From positions 35,223-99,222 of the IMG/VR virus record IMGVR_UViG_3300024319_000005: a DNA stretch of 64,000 nt; one strand, 5' to 3'. The DNA comes from a virus. Below are positions 48,527 to 57,708 of this stretch, piece after piece. The translations under genes and the position numbers were made by a program. Numbering within the stretch: the stretch's first letter is position 1; every line of letters begins with the position of its first letter. Below the pieces are notes generated by a model. That model was not told where the DNA came from, did not search any database, and saw nothing but the letters and a program-made list of their open reading frames with translations.

Positions 48527-49438
48527 ATGAGATATTCAATATTACCAGTAGAACATATAGATATTTGGGACAGATATAAATCTGCAGAAGCTCAGAGATG
48601 GGATGCCCAAGAAGTTGATCTTAGTAAAGATAAATTTGATCGACTGTCTGATAGAGAACAAGATGTATTAAAACAAATACTAGCGTTCTTTGTAGTTAGT
48701 GATGGTATTGTAAATGAAAATTTAGCAGATAACGTATGTCCAGAGATAAATATACCTGAAGCTACTTTCTTTTATGATTATCAAAGATATAATGAAAATG
48801 TGCATAATGAAACATACGGTCTACTTATTGATTCTTATATTAAAGATCCAGTAGAAAGAGACAAAATGTTTTCTCCTATAGAACATATGGAAACAGTAAA
48901 GAAAAAAGCTCAATGGGCTTTAGATTGGATTGGAGAAGACTCTAGTTTAGAAGAAAAAATAATATCTTTTGCATGTGTAGAAGGTTTAGCTTTTCAAGTA
49001 TTATTTTCTTATGTATTTTATTTTAGAGATAAAGAGTTTATGCAAGGTTTATGCCAAGCTAATGAGCTAATCCTAAAAGATGAGCAAAGTCACTATGAAT
49101 TTGCAGTACATATGTATAAAAATCATTTAAAAAAAATAGACGCTGATACAATTAAAAAGATAATTATGTCTTGTTATGATGTAGAAGTTACTTTTATTAA
49201 AGAAACTTTAGGCGTAGGATTACCAGGATTATCTCCTGAAATGATGAATCAGTTTTTACAATTTGTAACTGATAGAGTGTTAGTTGATTTTGGATTACCT
49301 AGAGAGTTTAATGTTACACAACCTCTTGCTTATATGGATAAAGTACTTATGGAAACTAGAAGTAATTTCTTTGAAGCTAAGTCAGGTACATATACTCAGG
49401 TTACAAGGTCAGAGACTAAATTTGATGAAGATTTTTAA
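48527..49438 (+). CDS. nrdB: Ribonucleotide reductase class Ia beta subunit
   Basis: SDGIVNENL, ENVHNETY, VEG, DEQSH, NFFE. Confidence 0.95.
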   Translation: MRYSILPVEHIDIWDRYKSAEAQRWDAQEVDLSKDKFDRLSDREQDVLKQILAFFVVSDGIVNENLADNVCPEINIPEATFFYDYQRYNENVHNETYGLLIDSYIKDPVERDKMFSPIEHMETVKKKAQWALDWIGEDSSLEEKIISFACVEGLAFQVLFSYVFYFRDKEFMQGLCQANELILKDEQSHYEFAVHMYKNHLKKIDADTIKKIIMSCYDVEVTFIKETLGVGLPGLSPEMMNQFLQFVTDRVLVDFGLPREFNVTQPLAYMDKVLMETRSNFFEAKSGTYTQVTRSETKFDEDF

Positions 49439-49454
49439 ACTAAAAATATAAAAT

Positions 49455-50045
49455 ATGGCAAATTATTGTTATAACTCACTTAATATACTTGATGCAGATA
49501 GAACAAGCATTAATTTTATTACTAATTGGTTAAATAAATATAGAGAATTTAATACTATGAAAGAATGGTACGATGAATTATTATCTGTACAAAATAAAAT
49601 AGACGAACCTTGTACTAGATGGTTTGAATTTGAGTATTCAATTGATGTAAATTCTGATAATTCTCAAGAATTATACATTTCAGGAGACACAGCTTGGGCT
49701 CCTACTGAAAAATTAGCATTAGCCATCTCTAAAGAATTTAACTGCTGTGTAAATTTAGTATATGAAGAGTCAGGTAATGACATAGGTGGAGATATAATTT
49801 ACGAAAATGGAGAAATAAGACCTTTATATCAAGGTACTTATCATGGATATAGACTTTGGGATGAAGGTGTAGATTATTTATACAGAGAGATAGATAATTA
49901 CTTTGATGACGGCTCAGAGCCTACAGAAGCTGTAGAATTTTTAGAAGATATTGTATCAAGAGGAGGAGTAAAAGTAAGTGATACTGATCTTGTTAAAATA
50001 TTTACACATATAAAAGATAAGATAGATGAAAATAACAAAAAGTAA
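49455..50045 (+). CDS. DUF1281/YubB-like protein
   Basis: MANYCYNSL, DTAWAP, YEESG. Confidence 0.7.
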   Translation: MANYCYNSLNILDADRTSINFITNWLNKYREFNTMKEWYDELLSVQNKIDEPCTRWFEFEYSIDVNSDNSQELYISGDTAWAPTEKLALAISKEFNCCVNLVYEESGNDIGGDIIYENGEIRPLYQGTYHGYRLWDEGVDYLYREIDNYFDDGSEPTEAVEFLEDIVSRGGVKVSDTDLVKIFTHIKDKIDENNKK

Positions 50046-52101
50046 TAGTACAAAACAATCTTTTAACCCTAATAAAATACTAAAAAGAGTCCAAGATCAA
50101 AGTAAAAATCTTAATGTAAATCCAACTATAGTAGCACAAAAAGTAATTGCAGGAGTGATGGATGATATGGAAACAAAAGATATTGATGCTCTTATTGCAA
50201 CTACTGCTGTAAATTTAATTTTAGAAGATCCAGATTATAGTTATCTGGCTTCTAGAATTTTAATTACTAGACATGCTAAAATTATTGGTGTAGAACCAGT
50301 AGAAACTGACTTTTTATTTGATTATAAAGGATTTAAAAGCTATTTATATAAGTACTCTAAGAGAGACGATTTAGGTTTCCCTATAGAGTTACCTCATATG
50401 TCTTACAAAAGGGTCACTAAGGCTCTTAAAATGGACTCTGAGTTCTATAATGCTTTGTGTAATCACGAGATTTCTATGGCTACACCTATATCTGTAAATG
50501 CAGGTAGAGATTCTGGTGCAATGATTTCTTGTAACTTAACAACTTTAGTGGAAGATTCTAGCGAAGGTATTTTAAAAACATTAGAAGATATATCACAAAG
50601 CTCTAGAGATGGTGCAGGAATAGGTTTACATATACATAGTCTAAGATCTAAACATTCTTTAGTTTCTTCTTTTAAAGGAAAAGCAGGCGGAGTTGTAAGA
50701 TTTTTAGATATGGTACAAAGTCATATGAGATTCTTTAAACAAGGTAACAGATCAGGTAGTGCTGCTGCTTATCTTGGTGTATGGCATAGAGATGTAGAAG
50801 AGTTTTTAGAATTAAGATTGCACGCAGGAGAGCAAAGAATGAGAACTCCAGATTTATTTACAGCAATATGTTTACCAGATCTTTTCTGGGAGAAATATAT
50901 TAATGATGATGAAGATTGGTATTTGTTTTGTCCTCATGAGGTACAGAAGGCTGGCTTTGAAAACTTATATAAGTTTCATGGCTCTGCTTTTACAGAGCAA
51001 TACAATAAGCTTGTAAATGCAGGATTAGGTTTTAAAGTAAAAACTTCTGATATTTTATACAAAATACAAAAGAGTATGGCTGAAGCAGGTCTACCTTATG
51101 TAATGAATTGGTGTAATGCAAATAAAAATCATCCTCAAAGTCATTTAGGAACTTGTACAGGAAGTAACTTATGTATTGAAATATATCAAATGTCAAGACC
51201 TAATTATACAGCTCAGTGTGCTTTATCTAGTATACCTCTGCATAATTTAGAGCTTGATGACTTTGAAGAGCTAGGTAGAAGAGCTAAGTTAGTTACTAGA
51301 GCTTTAAATAGCGTAATAGAAAACAATAACTGGTCAACAGAGGGTGCTGCTAGTGCAGGTAAAGAGCAACGAGCTATTGCAGTAGGTATAGCAGGATTAG
51401 CTGACTATATGGCTAAACACAAGATTGACTTTACAGGATCAGAAGCACAAAGGTTTAATAGAAAAATGGTAGAGACAATTTACAATTCTTCATTAGAAGA
51501 AAGTTGTAGGTTAGGTAATGAAGGTATCTATAAACCAGTATTTCCTAAGATTTATAAAGATGGTAGAGTAAATTCTACGTTTGTAGCATTAATGCCAACA
51601 GCTAGTTCTGCTACATTAGTAGGTTGTTATGAATCTTTTGAACCAGTCCAAGCAAATATTTTCCAAAGAAGAATAGATGCAGGTGAGTTTACTATTGTTA
51701 ACAAGTATATGATTAAAGAGTTACAAGAACGTGGTATGTGGAATTTAGATACTAGAAATCAAATACTAGCAAACAATGGCTCTGTACAATCTTTAATTAT
51801 TGATGATGACTTTAAACAAAGATACAAGACTATATGGGAGCACTCTCAAAAGTCTTTAATTAATCTTGCTGGTATTAGACAAGAGTTTGTAGATCAAGGA
51901 CAGTCAATGAATTTGTATTTTCAAGATGCTACAACTGGTAAAATAGGTGCAGCATTAAAATATGGTTGGAATTTAGGATTACCTACAGGTAGTTATTATA
52001 CTAAAACACAATCAAAGATTGATGCTCCTGTTAGTCTAGTACAGACTAAATCAGAAGTTAGTCCAGGGTGGGAAATATCCTGCTATGGGTGTGAAGCATA
52101 G
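50026..52101 (+). CDS. nrdA: Ribonucleotide reductase class Ia alpha subunit
   Basis: ATP cone, ATP..NAG, ISC, SNLCIE, LMPTASS, DQGQSMN, YY, C-terminal CYGC. Confidence 0.96.
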   Translation: MKITKSNSTKQSFNPNKILKRVQDQSKNLNVNPTIVAQKVIAGVMDDMETKDIDALIATTAVNLILEDPDYSYLASRILITRHAKIIGVEPVETDFLFDYKGFKSYLYKYSKRDDLGFPIELPHMSYKRVTKALKMDSEFYNALCNHEISMATPISVNAGRDSGAMISCNLTTLVEDSSEGILKTLEDISQSSRDGAGIGLHIHSLRSKHSLVSSFKGKAGGVVRFLDMVQSHMRFFKQGNRSGSAAAYLGVWHRDVEEFLELRLHAGEQRMRTPDLFTAICLPDLFWEKYINDDEDWYLFCPHEVQKAGFENLYKFHGSAFTEQYNKLVNAGLGFKVKTSDILYKIQKSMAEAGLPYVMNWCNANKNHPQSHLGTCTGSNLCIEIYQMSRPNYTAQCALSSIPLHNLELDDFEELGRRAKLVTRALNSVIENNNWSTEGAASAGKEQRAIAVGIAGLADYMAKHKIDFTGSEAQRFNRKMVETIYNSSLEESCRLGNEGIYKPVFPKIYKDGRVNSTFVALMPTASSATLVGCYESFEPVQANIFQRRIDAGEFTIVNKYMIKELQERGMWNLDTRNQILANNGSVQSLIIDDDFKQRYKTIWEHSQKSLINLAGIRQEFVDQGQSMNLYFQDATTGKIGAALKYGWNLGLPTGSYYTKTQSKIDAPVSLVQTKSEVSPGWEISCYGCEA

Positions 52102-52107
52102 AGTAAA

Positions 52108-52141
52108 GCCCTAGTAACATAATAGTTGCTAGGGTATTTTT
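52108..52141 (+). terminator. Intrinsic terminator
   Basis: GCCCTAGTAAC / GTTGCTAGGGT stem plus T run. Confidence 0.8.
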
Positions 52142-52159
52142 AAATAAAATTAAATTAAA

Positions 52160-52426
52160 ATGAAAATATTATTTGAAGGTACAGAAGAACAAATAAAGTT
52201 ATTAGAGTCAGAATTTGAGATGCTTATAATAGAGCATGGAGATGAAGAATTACCTACTATAAGAAAAGATTACCAAACTAAAAATCTTTGGTCCGTAAAA
52301 GATGTACAATCTAAGTTTAACTGTACAGATGAAGCTGCATTATTAATTTTAGAAAATGCATTAACCAATGAAGCTACTATGGAACAGATTTGGTATGCAA
52401 TAGAATCTTATAGTGACGTTAATTAA
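52160..52426 (+). CDS. Hypothetical protein
   Basis: ORF with A-rich start context. Confidence 0.7.
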   Translation: MKILFEGTEEQIKLLESEFEMLIIEHGDEELPTIRKDYQTKNLWSVKDVQSKFNCTDEAALLILENALTNEATMEQIWYAIESYSDVN

Positions 52427-52444
52427 ATTTTAAAAATAAAATAT

Positions 52445-52624
52445 ATGAGAGAAGATAATAAAATATTAAATACTTTAGCTGAAACAATGTTTTCTACGTT
52501 AAATAGGCAAAGAGTAACTATTGATGAAATAGAATTTATTATAAATAATACTAGAGAAAATGGGTATAAAAACTTTAAAGTTGCTTTAGAGAGTATTGCT
52601 TTATTAATTCAAGAAAATAATTAA
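52445..52624 (+). CDS. Small hypothetical protein (59 aa, not in track)
   Basis: MREDNKILNTLAETMFSTL... fills the gap between neighbours. Confidence 0.6.
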   Translation: MREDNKILNTLAETMFSTLNRQRVTIDEIEFIINNTRENGYKNFKVALESIALLIQENN

Positions 52625-52626
52625 AA

Positions 52627-52812
52627 ATGGATTTAAATAAAATAAAAAACATTGAAGTAGATGGAATAGACACAGCAGACTATCCAGATTTTTGTGATGC
52701 TTATATAGCTGCTGCAGAGTACAATGGTAAAGAACTAACTGACGAACAGTTAGATGTTTTAAATAATAATAGTAATTTTGTATATTCTTGTGTTGTTGAT
52801 TTAATTTGGTAA
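52627..52812 (+). CDS. Conserved acidic phage protein
   Basis: DGIDTADYPDFCDAYI. Confidence 0.75.
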   Translation: MDLNKIKNIEVDGIDTADYPDFCDAYIAAAEYNGKELTDEQLDVLNNNSNFVYSCVVDLIW

Positions 52813-52827
52813 TTAAAATTAAAGTAT

Positions 52828-53058
52828 ATGAAAACTAAAAAAGAAGTTAACACAAGAATTAGACAAGCAAGAGAAGTAGATGACTTAGATTTAGTTGTAA
52901 TGTTAGAACACTATCATCAATTAAGATTTAATTGGATACCACAAGTTAAAGAAAGATTTTTAGAGCCTAATAATAATGGAGATTTTACACCACATCAATG
53001 CCAACTAAAAGAAAGTGCAGTTAAAAGTTGGATAAAGAATTATAAAACAATAAAATAA
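52828..53058 (+). CDS. Hypothetical protein
   Basis: ORF with A-rich start context. Confidence 0.65.
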   Translation: MKTKKEVNTRIRQAREVDDLDLVVMLEHYHQLRFNWIPQVKERFLEPNNNGDFTPHQCQLKESAVKSWIKNYKTIK

Positions 53059-53064
53059 AATATT

Positions 53065-53577
53065 ATGAAAAAGTTATTTATAGCATTACTATTTTTACTA
53101 CCCATACTGTGCAATGCTCAATTAAACAAAAATATATGGAAAGTATCTGCAATTCAATTTTTTGCTGGGGCGACTGATGGAGCTAATCAAGCATATCTAT
53201 TTCATTATAACAATAGCGGTAAATTTGAAAAGTGGGGTATAGCTCCTAACGAAGTAGCTTGGAAAAACAAATGGGCAACAGACATTAATGGTAATGTAAT
53301 TGTAGGACAAGAAAGGTTTTGGCTTTCTAGTAGCTCTTTAGTTTTTTTGACTGACTTTCATCACGCAACTAGATTTGTAAAACATAGACTTAATGAAACA
53401 TCTTTATTGTATTACGCTACAGGACATAGGACTAAAAAGTTTTATTGGAGTAATGGTAATAAAGAATCTAGAAAAATAAAAAAGAAAGAGTGGTATTGGT
53501 ATGTGGCAGATATAGCAATATCTTTTACTGTTAGGTCTATTGGATTTTATATTACTTATGATGTAATTTTTAAATAA
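53065..53577 (+). CDS. Secreted or membrane hypothetical protein
   Basis: Signal peptide MKKLFIALLFLLPILCNA|Q, hydrophobic C-terminus, WKNKW and TDFHH motifs. Confidence 0.7.
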   Translation: MKKLFIALLFLLPILCNAQLNKNIWKVSAIQFFAGATDGANQAYLFHYNNSGKFEKWGIAPNEVAWKNKWATDINGNVIVGQERFWLSSSSLVFLTDFHHATRFVKHRLNETSLLYYATGHRTKKFYWSNGNKESRKIKKKEWYWYVADIAISFTVRSIGFYITYDVIFK

Positions 53578-53687
53578 TTAAAAATGGGATCTATAGCAAT
53601 AATAATAACTATAATACTTTTTTTTAGTTTATTTTTTGATGAAAGTGAAGAAGTAATTTAATTAAAATATTTAAAAATATAAAATAA

Positions 53688-53948
53688 ATGATACCTCAAC
53701 AATTAGAAGACAGTTTAGATATGATACAAGAGTGTATAGACTGTGAAATGTTAATGTACTATGAAATAGAAACATATAATCAACTCCATGGTACTTTTTA
53801 TGATGCACAAACATTAATAGATGAATACAGACAGAAATACGGTATTAAATCTTTTACAGAGAAACAATATAGGGAAGCTTATGGCGTTGTATTTGTGGGA
53901 GATGAAAGGCATACGGATAACACATTACGAGTTACAAAACATCTGTAA
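53688..53948 (+). CDS. Hypothetical protein
   Basis: ORF with A-rich start context. Confidence 0.65.
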   Translation: MIPQQLEDSLDMIQECIDCEMLMYYEIETYNQLHGTFYDAQTLIDEYRQKYGIKSFTEKQYREAYGVVFVGDERHTDNTLRVTKHL

Positions 53949-54047
53949 ATATCCTTATTTTGTAGAATACTTAATAAGTTATATATATTGGAAATACAAA
54001 ATAATTGATATAACATTTAAGAATAAAAGGTTTTTAGTATAAATAAC

Positions 54048-54081
54048 AGACCCCCTACCAAAATTAATCAGTAGGGGGTCT
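54048..54081. terminator. Hairpin between the convergent arms (probably a bidirectional terminator)
   Basis: AGACCCCCTAC / GTAGGGGGTCT, 11-bp perfect stem. Confidence 0.8.
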
Positions 54082-54128
54082 TTACAAATATGAGTGGAAC
54101 TTTTTTTTATCAGCTTGAAGAGTCTTGC

Positions 54129-57100
54129 CTAATCGTTTGTACTCCACAAACTATACTTTAGTGGTCCTTGCTTTAACCATCTGTTAGCGTACTTAGGATC
54201 TTTACTAGCCATTATACCTTTTACTCCAGGTATTAGCTTCATAAAAGCTCTTTGATTCTTTTTCCATCCCTTATAGTTACCTGATTCTATTTCATCAGTG
54301 TCCCATATCTTGATAGTATCAATTATGTTTTGTACTTGTCCTGTTGCAACCATTGGGTTTTTTAGAATCTCTGTAGTTTCTACAAGTCCAATGTGAGTAG
54401 GAGATAGTGCAGTTAACTCTAGAAATACTCTGTTAAATAAATACAGTGTATATGGTGCTATACCTTCTTCTTCATCTTCAAATAAATTATTAAATATAGA
54501 TGCTGCTGCAATCATAGCAAAAGTCATCGTAAATTCTATAAGGAATTTTTTAACTGCTACTTGATCTTCTGCAGGTAATTCAGGATATGCTTCTAGCATA
54601 TACTTAATCATATTTATGTTTTCCTGATTCCAAGAAGAAGCAAAGAAAGCAGCAGTAGATCTCCAGTACCCAACATCTTTTTTGTCTAACTCATAGTTAT
54701 ATGATTTACCTCTAAATCGTTTAGATAAACCTTTTATAATCCAAGACTTGTGTGTTAGTAATAAACTTGCCCAAGCATTCTGCTGTGCTGCAGTTTTATC
54801 TGTAGGATTCATACCCCCTTCAAATACTGCAACTTGATTACCAATTAAAGCTCCCATATAAGCCATATTAGCTTGGTGCTTTGCTTTAGTACTACCTATT
54901 TTTTTACCATTTAACAGTAACTCATGTAGCGGAGTAGCATTTTTATAATTAGGATTTCCTGGTTTTATTATTTCATTTTTATATAATCGGTAATGATCTA
55001 AAGCTGCTAAAGTTACACTAGACTTTACACTATAAGCACCTAGTTCAAATCCAGCCATTGTAGGATTGTCTGCTAGTAGTCTAGTAAACTTGTTTTTGTT
55101 TAAGTTATCAAATATTTGTTCAGTACTTCCGTAAATACCTAAATCTTGTAGTATTACATTTAGTTTAGATTTCTTTCTTTTATTACCAATCTCACCTACA
55201 GCTTCTAAATATAACTTAGGTAATGTCTTTGCTGCAAACTTTTGTGACTTAGTAGAACTATGCTCTTGTAAATAACTATCTAGTTTTGCAAAAGTTTTAG
55301 CAGAAATATATCCTGCTGCTTGTGTAAAAAATGATGCTGCTAAGTTATTCTGTGTTACATAGCTTTTAAACTTGTCAACTATTTTAGAAAGACTATAACC
55401 ATTAATTTCTATTAGCTCTGATTTAGTTTCCCCATAGACAAACATATCTAACATGGTCCTCATCTTTGCAAAATCGTTAGTTGCTGTACCTTTTTTAAGG
55501 TTACCATCTTTACTTAACTCACTTCTACCAAAAGCTCCTAGTATATTCTCAAATACAAAAGAAGATTTTTTCATCTGCTTGTTATTTTCTGACATCTTTT
55601 TAAACGCCATTATACTTTTAATAGCATCGTTAGTTATCATACTTGGATCTTCTAATCTTGCAGTATAGTATACAGGTACTATTCTTTCTGATGAACCATC
55701 TGGTCTACTCCCAATTGCTTTAATAAAACCTACATCATCATTAGTATTAGCTTTTATTGAATCTTTAGCTGCAGCAAATAAACTACCTATAGTGCTATCA
55801 TTAGAACGCATAGCTATATCTAAAGTAGATGCAGTCATCTGAGGTGCTAGACCTTTATACTTTTTACCTACATCTCTGTACATACTAGTCATAGTGTTTT
55901 CTACTATAGTAGCAAACTCTTGTTGCTTACTAGTTAAATACTTAAACTCTTGATCTGTAGGTCTAACAAAGTACCCTGTAGCATTTTTACCTTTTTTATG
56001 GTATAAGAAATCAGTATTAGTAATGCCTAATCTTTCTGCGTTATCTAAGAAATCTCTACTAAAGTCCATAACTTCCATGTTAACTTTTTTAAATAGAGTA
56101 GTTATCATATAAGATAATATTCTAGCAATAGGGTTTGCAGAATCTGCTCCTGACATAAACCATTTATTAAGAAGACTAGAGTCTACAGATATTTGAGAAA
56201 ATTCTTTTCTTAAAGCGTCTACATCTTCTTTGCTAACACCTTCTAGACTATTTAGTGCTGTATCTATACTAAATCTATCCCTCATACTTTCCATAGTAAA
56301 GAACAAAGTGTTTAGTTCTTCTATTGATTTGTGTAAAGGGTGGTTAGGAGCTAACATACCTTTTATTTGAGTAACATAAGGTTTGTAGTAAGCAAAGAAG
56401 GTATCTAAATCGTTTACTTGCTCTGCAGTTAGACTTTCTTGATTTTCTAATTTCTCTAAAGCCTCTTTAGTCTGAGTAGCTAATGTTTGTATAAATGCTA
56501 TAAATGCTGGATCTTCTGTTGTTTGATCTTTATTAGCATTGTTTATTGCAGTTAACATAGAAGTAACTTGTCCTGCTGCAACCTTTTTATTTTTTCTTTT
56601 TAATAAAGCATCTTGGTATTGTGTAATCTTTACTAACATCCTATCTAACAATGTATCTGAACTATCGAAGAATACATCTCCTGTAGGTACATTATTAAAA
56701 GCATTCTTATCTGCTTTGTTTACAAACTTAGCTATTTGATTAGCTATATTTTTGTGCGTAGGATTAAACATTTCTTTAATCTTAGCAATAATAGCATTAA
56801 TAACACCTCTAAAACCTTTAGGGTATGTGTTATTATTAATAGCTTGTCCTACATACTTTCCAAAGATTTCTCTTCTTACTTTAGTATCTACCTCTTCTTG
56901 TGTTAATCCAAACCTACTATACTTACTACTATAGTGTTCAGCATGTTCTTTATACAGTTCAGTCTTATCAATATTTGCTAGAGCCTTATCTACCATATCT
57001 TGATTAGTAAAGAAATCTACAGCCATGTGTCCAGCTTCCTCTGTAAGAGTCTGTGCATTATTACCTTTGTCAGATAGTGCAATAATTCTGTTAGCAGTAT

Positions 57101-57674
57101 CTGCTAGTCCTACAACTCCTTGTAATCCTGAATTTCTATATCCTATGTTAGTAAGATAAGAATCCATATGCTGTACACTAACTCCTACACTATGAAAGAA
57201 ATTAGATACTTTATCCATAGCCGTTCCATAACTAGGAGAAGTTTCTTTTTTAAATTCACTCTTTATAGTAGTTGGTCCAGGTTTAGTTACATATACTTTA
57301 CCATTAGACTCACCAGAAACATTAAATGTTTCTTTTATAGCTTTAAGATCTTCAGAATTACTGTCTACCTTTTTACTATGTTCACTTACTCTAACACCAT
57401 CTACTTTATTAAATAGTTTAGTTACAGTACTATAATCTGATAATACTTTTCTAGGGTATAGACTAGACCCATCAGAAAACCTATCGTTAGTTACAATAGG
57501 CTCTCCTTGATCATTTAAATCTATATCTTTCTTAGAATAAGCATGTTTAAAAATCTGATCTGCTTCATGAGAATTACTAGTTAAACTAGAAATCTTATTA
57601 TACAGTTTAGATTCAGTTCCTTCTGGAGTAAGGTAAGTTTTCTTACCATCCACCATTTTAATTTGACAACTCAT
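54129..57674 (-). CDS. Large virion cargo / ejection protein
   Basis: 1181 aa, helical, adjacent to the vRNAP; degenerate zincin motif TLTEEAGH; hydrophobic C-terminal stretch. Confidence 0.65.
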   Translation of the reverse strand: MSCQIKMVDGKKTYLTPEGTESKLYNKISSLTSNSHEADQIFKHAYSKKDIDLNDQGEPIVTNDRFSDGSSLYPRKVLSDYSTVTKLFNKVDGVRVSEHSKKVDSNSEDLKAIKETFNVSGESNGKVYVTKPGPTTIKSEFKKETSPSYGTAMDKVSNFFHSVGVSVQHMDSYLTNIGYRNSGLQGVVGLADTANRIIALSDKGNNAQTLTEEAGHMAVDFFTNQDMVDKALANIDKTELYKEHAEHYSSKYSRFGLTQEEVDTKVRREIFGKYVGQAINNNTYPKGFRGVINAIIAKIKEMFNPTHKNIANQIAKFVNKADKNAFNNVPTGDVFFDSSDTLLDRMLVKITQYQDALLKRKNKKVAAGQVTSMLTAINNANKDQTTEDPAFIAFIQTLATQTKEALEKLENQESLTAEQVNDLDTFFAYYKPYVTQIKGMLAPNHPLHKSIEELNTLFFTMESMRDRFSIDTALNSLEGVSKEDVDALRKEFSQISVDSSLLNKWFMSGADSANPIARILSYMITTLFKKVNMEVMDFSRDFLDNAERLGITNTDFLYHKKGKNATGYFVRPTDQEFKYLTSKQQEFATIVENTMTSMYRDVGKKYKGLAPQMTASTLDIAMRSNDSTIGSLFAAAKDSIKANTNDDVGFIKAIGSRPDGSSERIVPVYYTARLEDPSMITNDAIKSIMAFKKMSENNKQMKKSSFVFENILGAFGRSELSKDGNLKKGTATNDFAKMRTMLDMFVYGETKSELIEINGYSLSKIVDKFKSYVTQNNLAASFFTQAAGYISAKTFAKLDSYLQEHSSTKSQKFAAKTLPKLYLEAVGEIGNKRKKSKLNVILQDLGIYGSTEQIFDNLNKNKFTRLLADNPTMAGFELGAYSVKSSVTLAALDHYRLYKNEIIKPGNPNYKNATPLHELLLNGKKIGSTKAKHQANMAYMGALIGNQVAVFEGGMNPTDKTAAQQNAWASLLLTHKSWIIKGLSKRFRGKSYNYELDKKDVGYWRSTAAFFASSWNQENINMIKYMLEAYPELPAEDQVAVKKFLIEFTMTFAMIAAASIFNNLFEDEEEGIAPYTLYLFNRVFLELTALSPTHIGLVETTEILKNPMVATGQVQNIIDTIKIWDTDEIESGNYKGWKKNQRAFMKLIPGVKGIMASKDPKYANRWLKQGPLKYSLWSTND

Positions 57675-57708
57675 ATTTGTATTTTGTTATTTAATTAAAT
57701 AAATATTA

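Noticed and set aside
49455-50045. Homing endonuclease or intron between nrdB and nrdA
   Set aside because: No HNH, GIY-YIG or LAGLIDADG motif, and both RNR genes are uninterrupted.
53821-54042. 73-aa ORF
   Set aside because: Overlaps 53688..53948 by more than 120 nt in another frame and has a poor start context.
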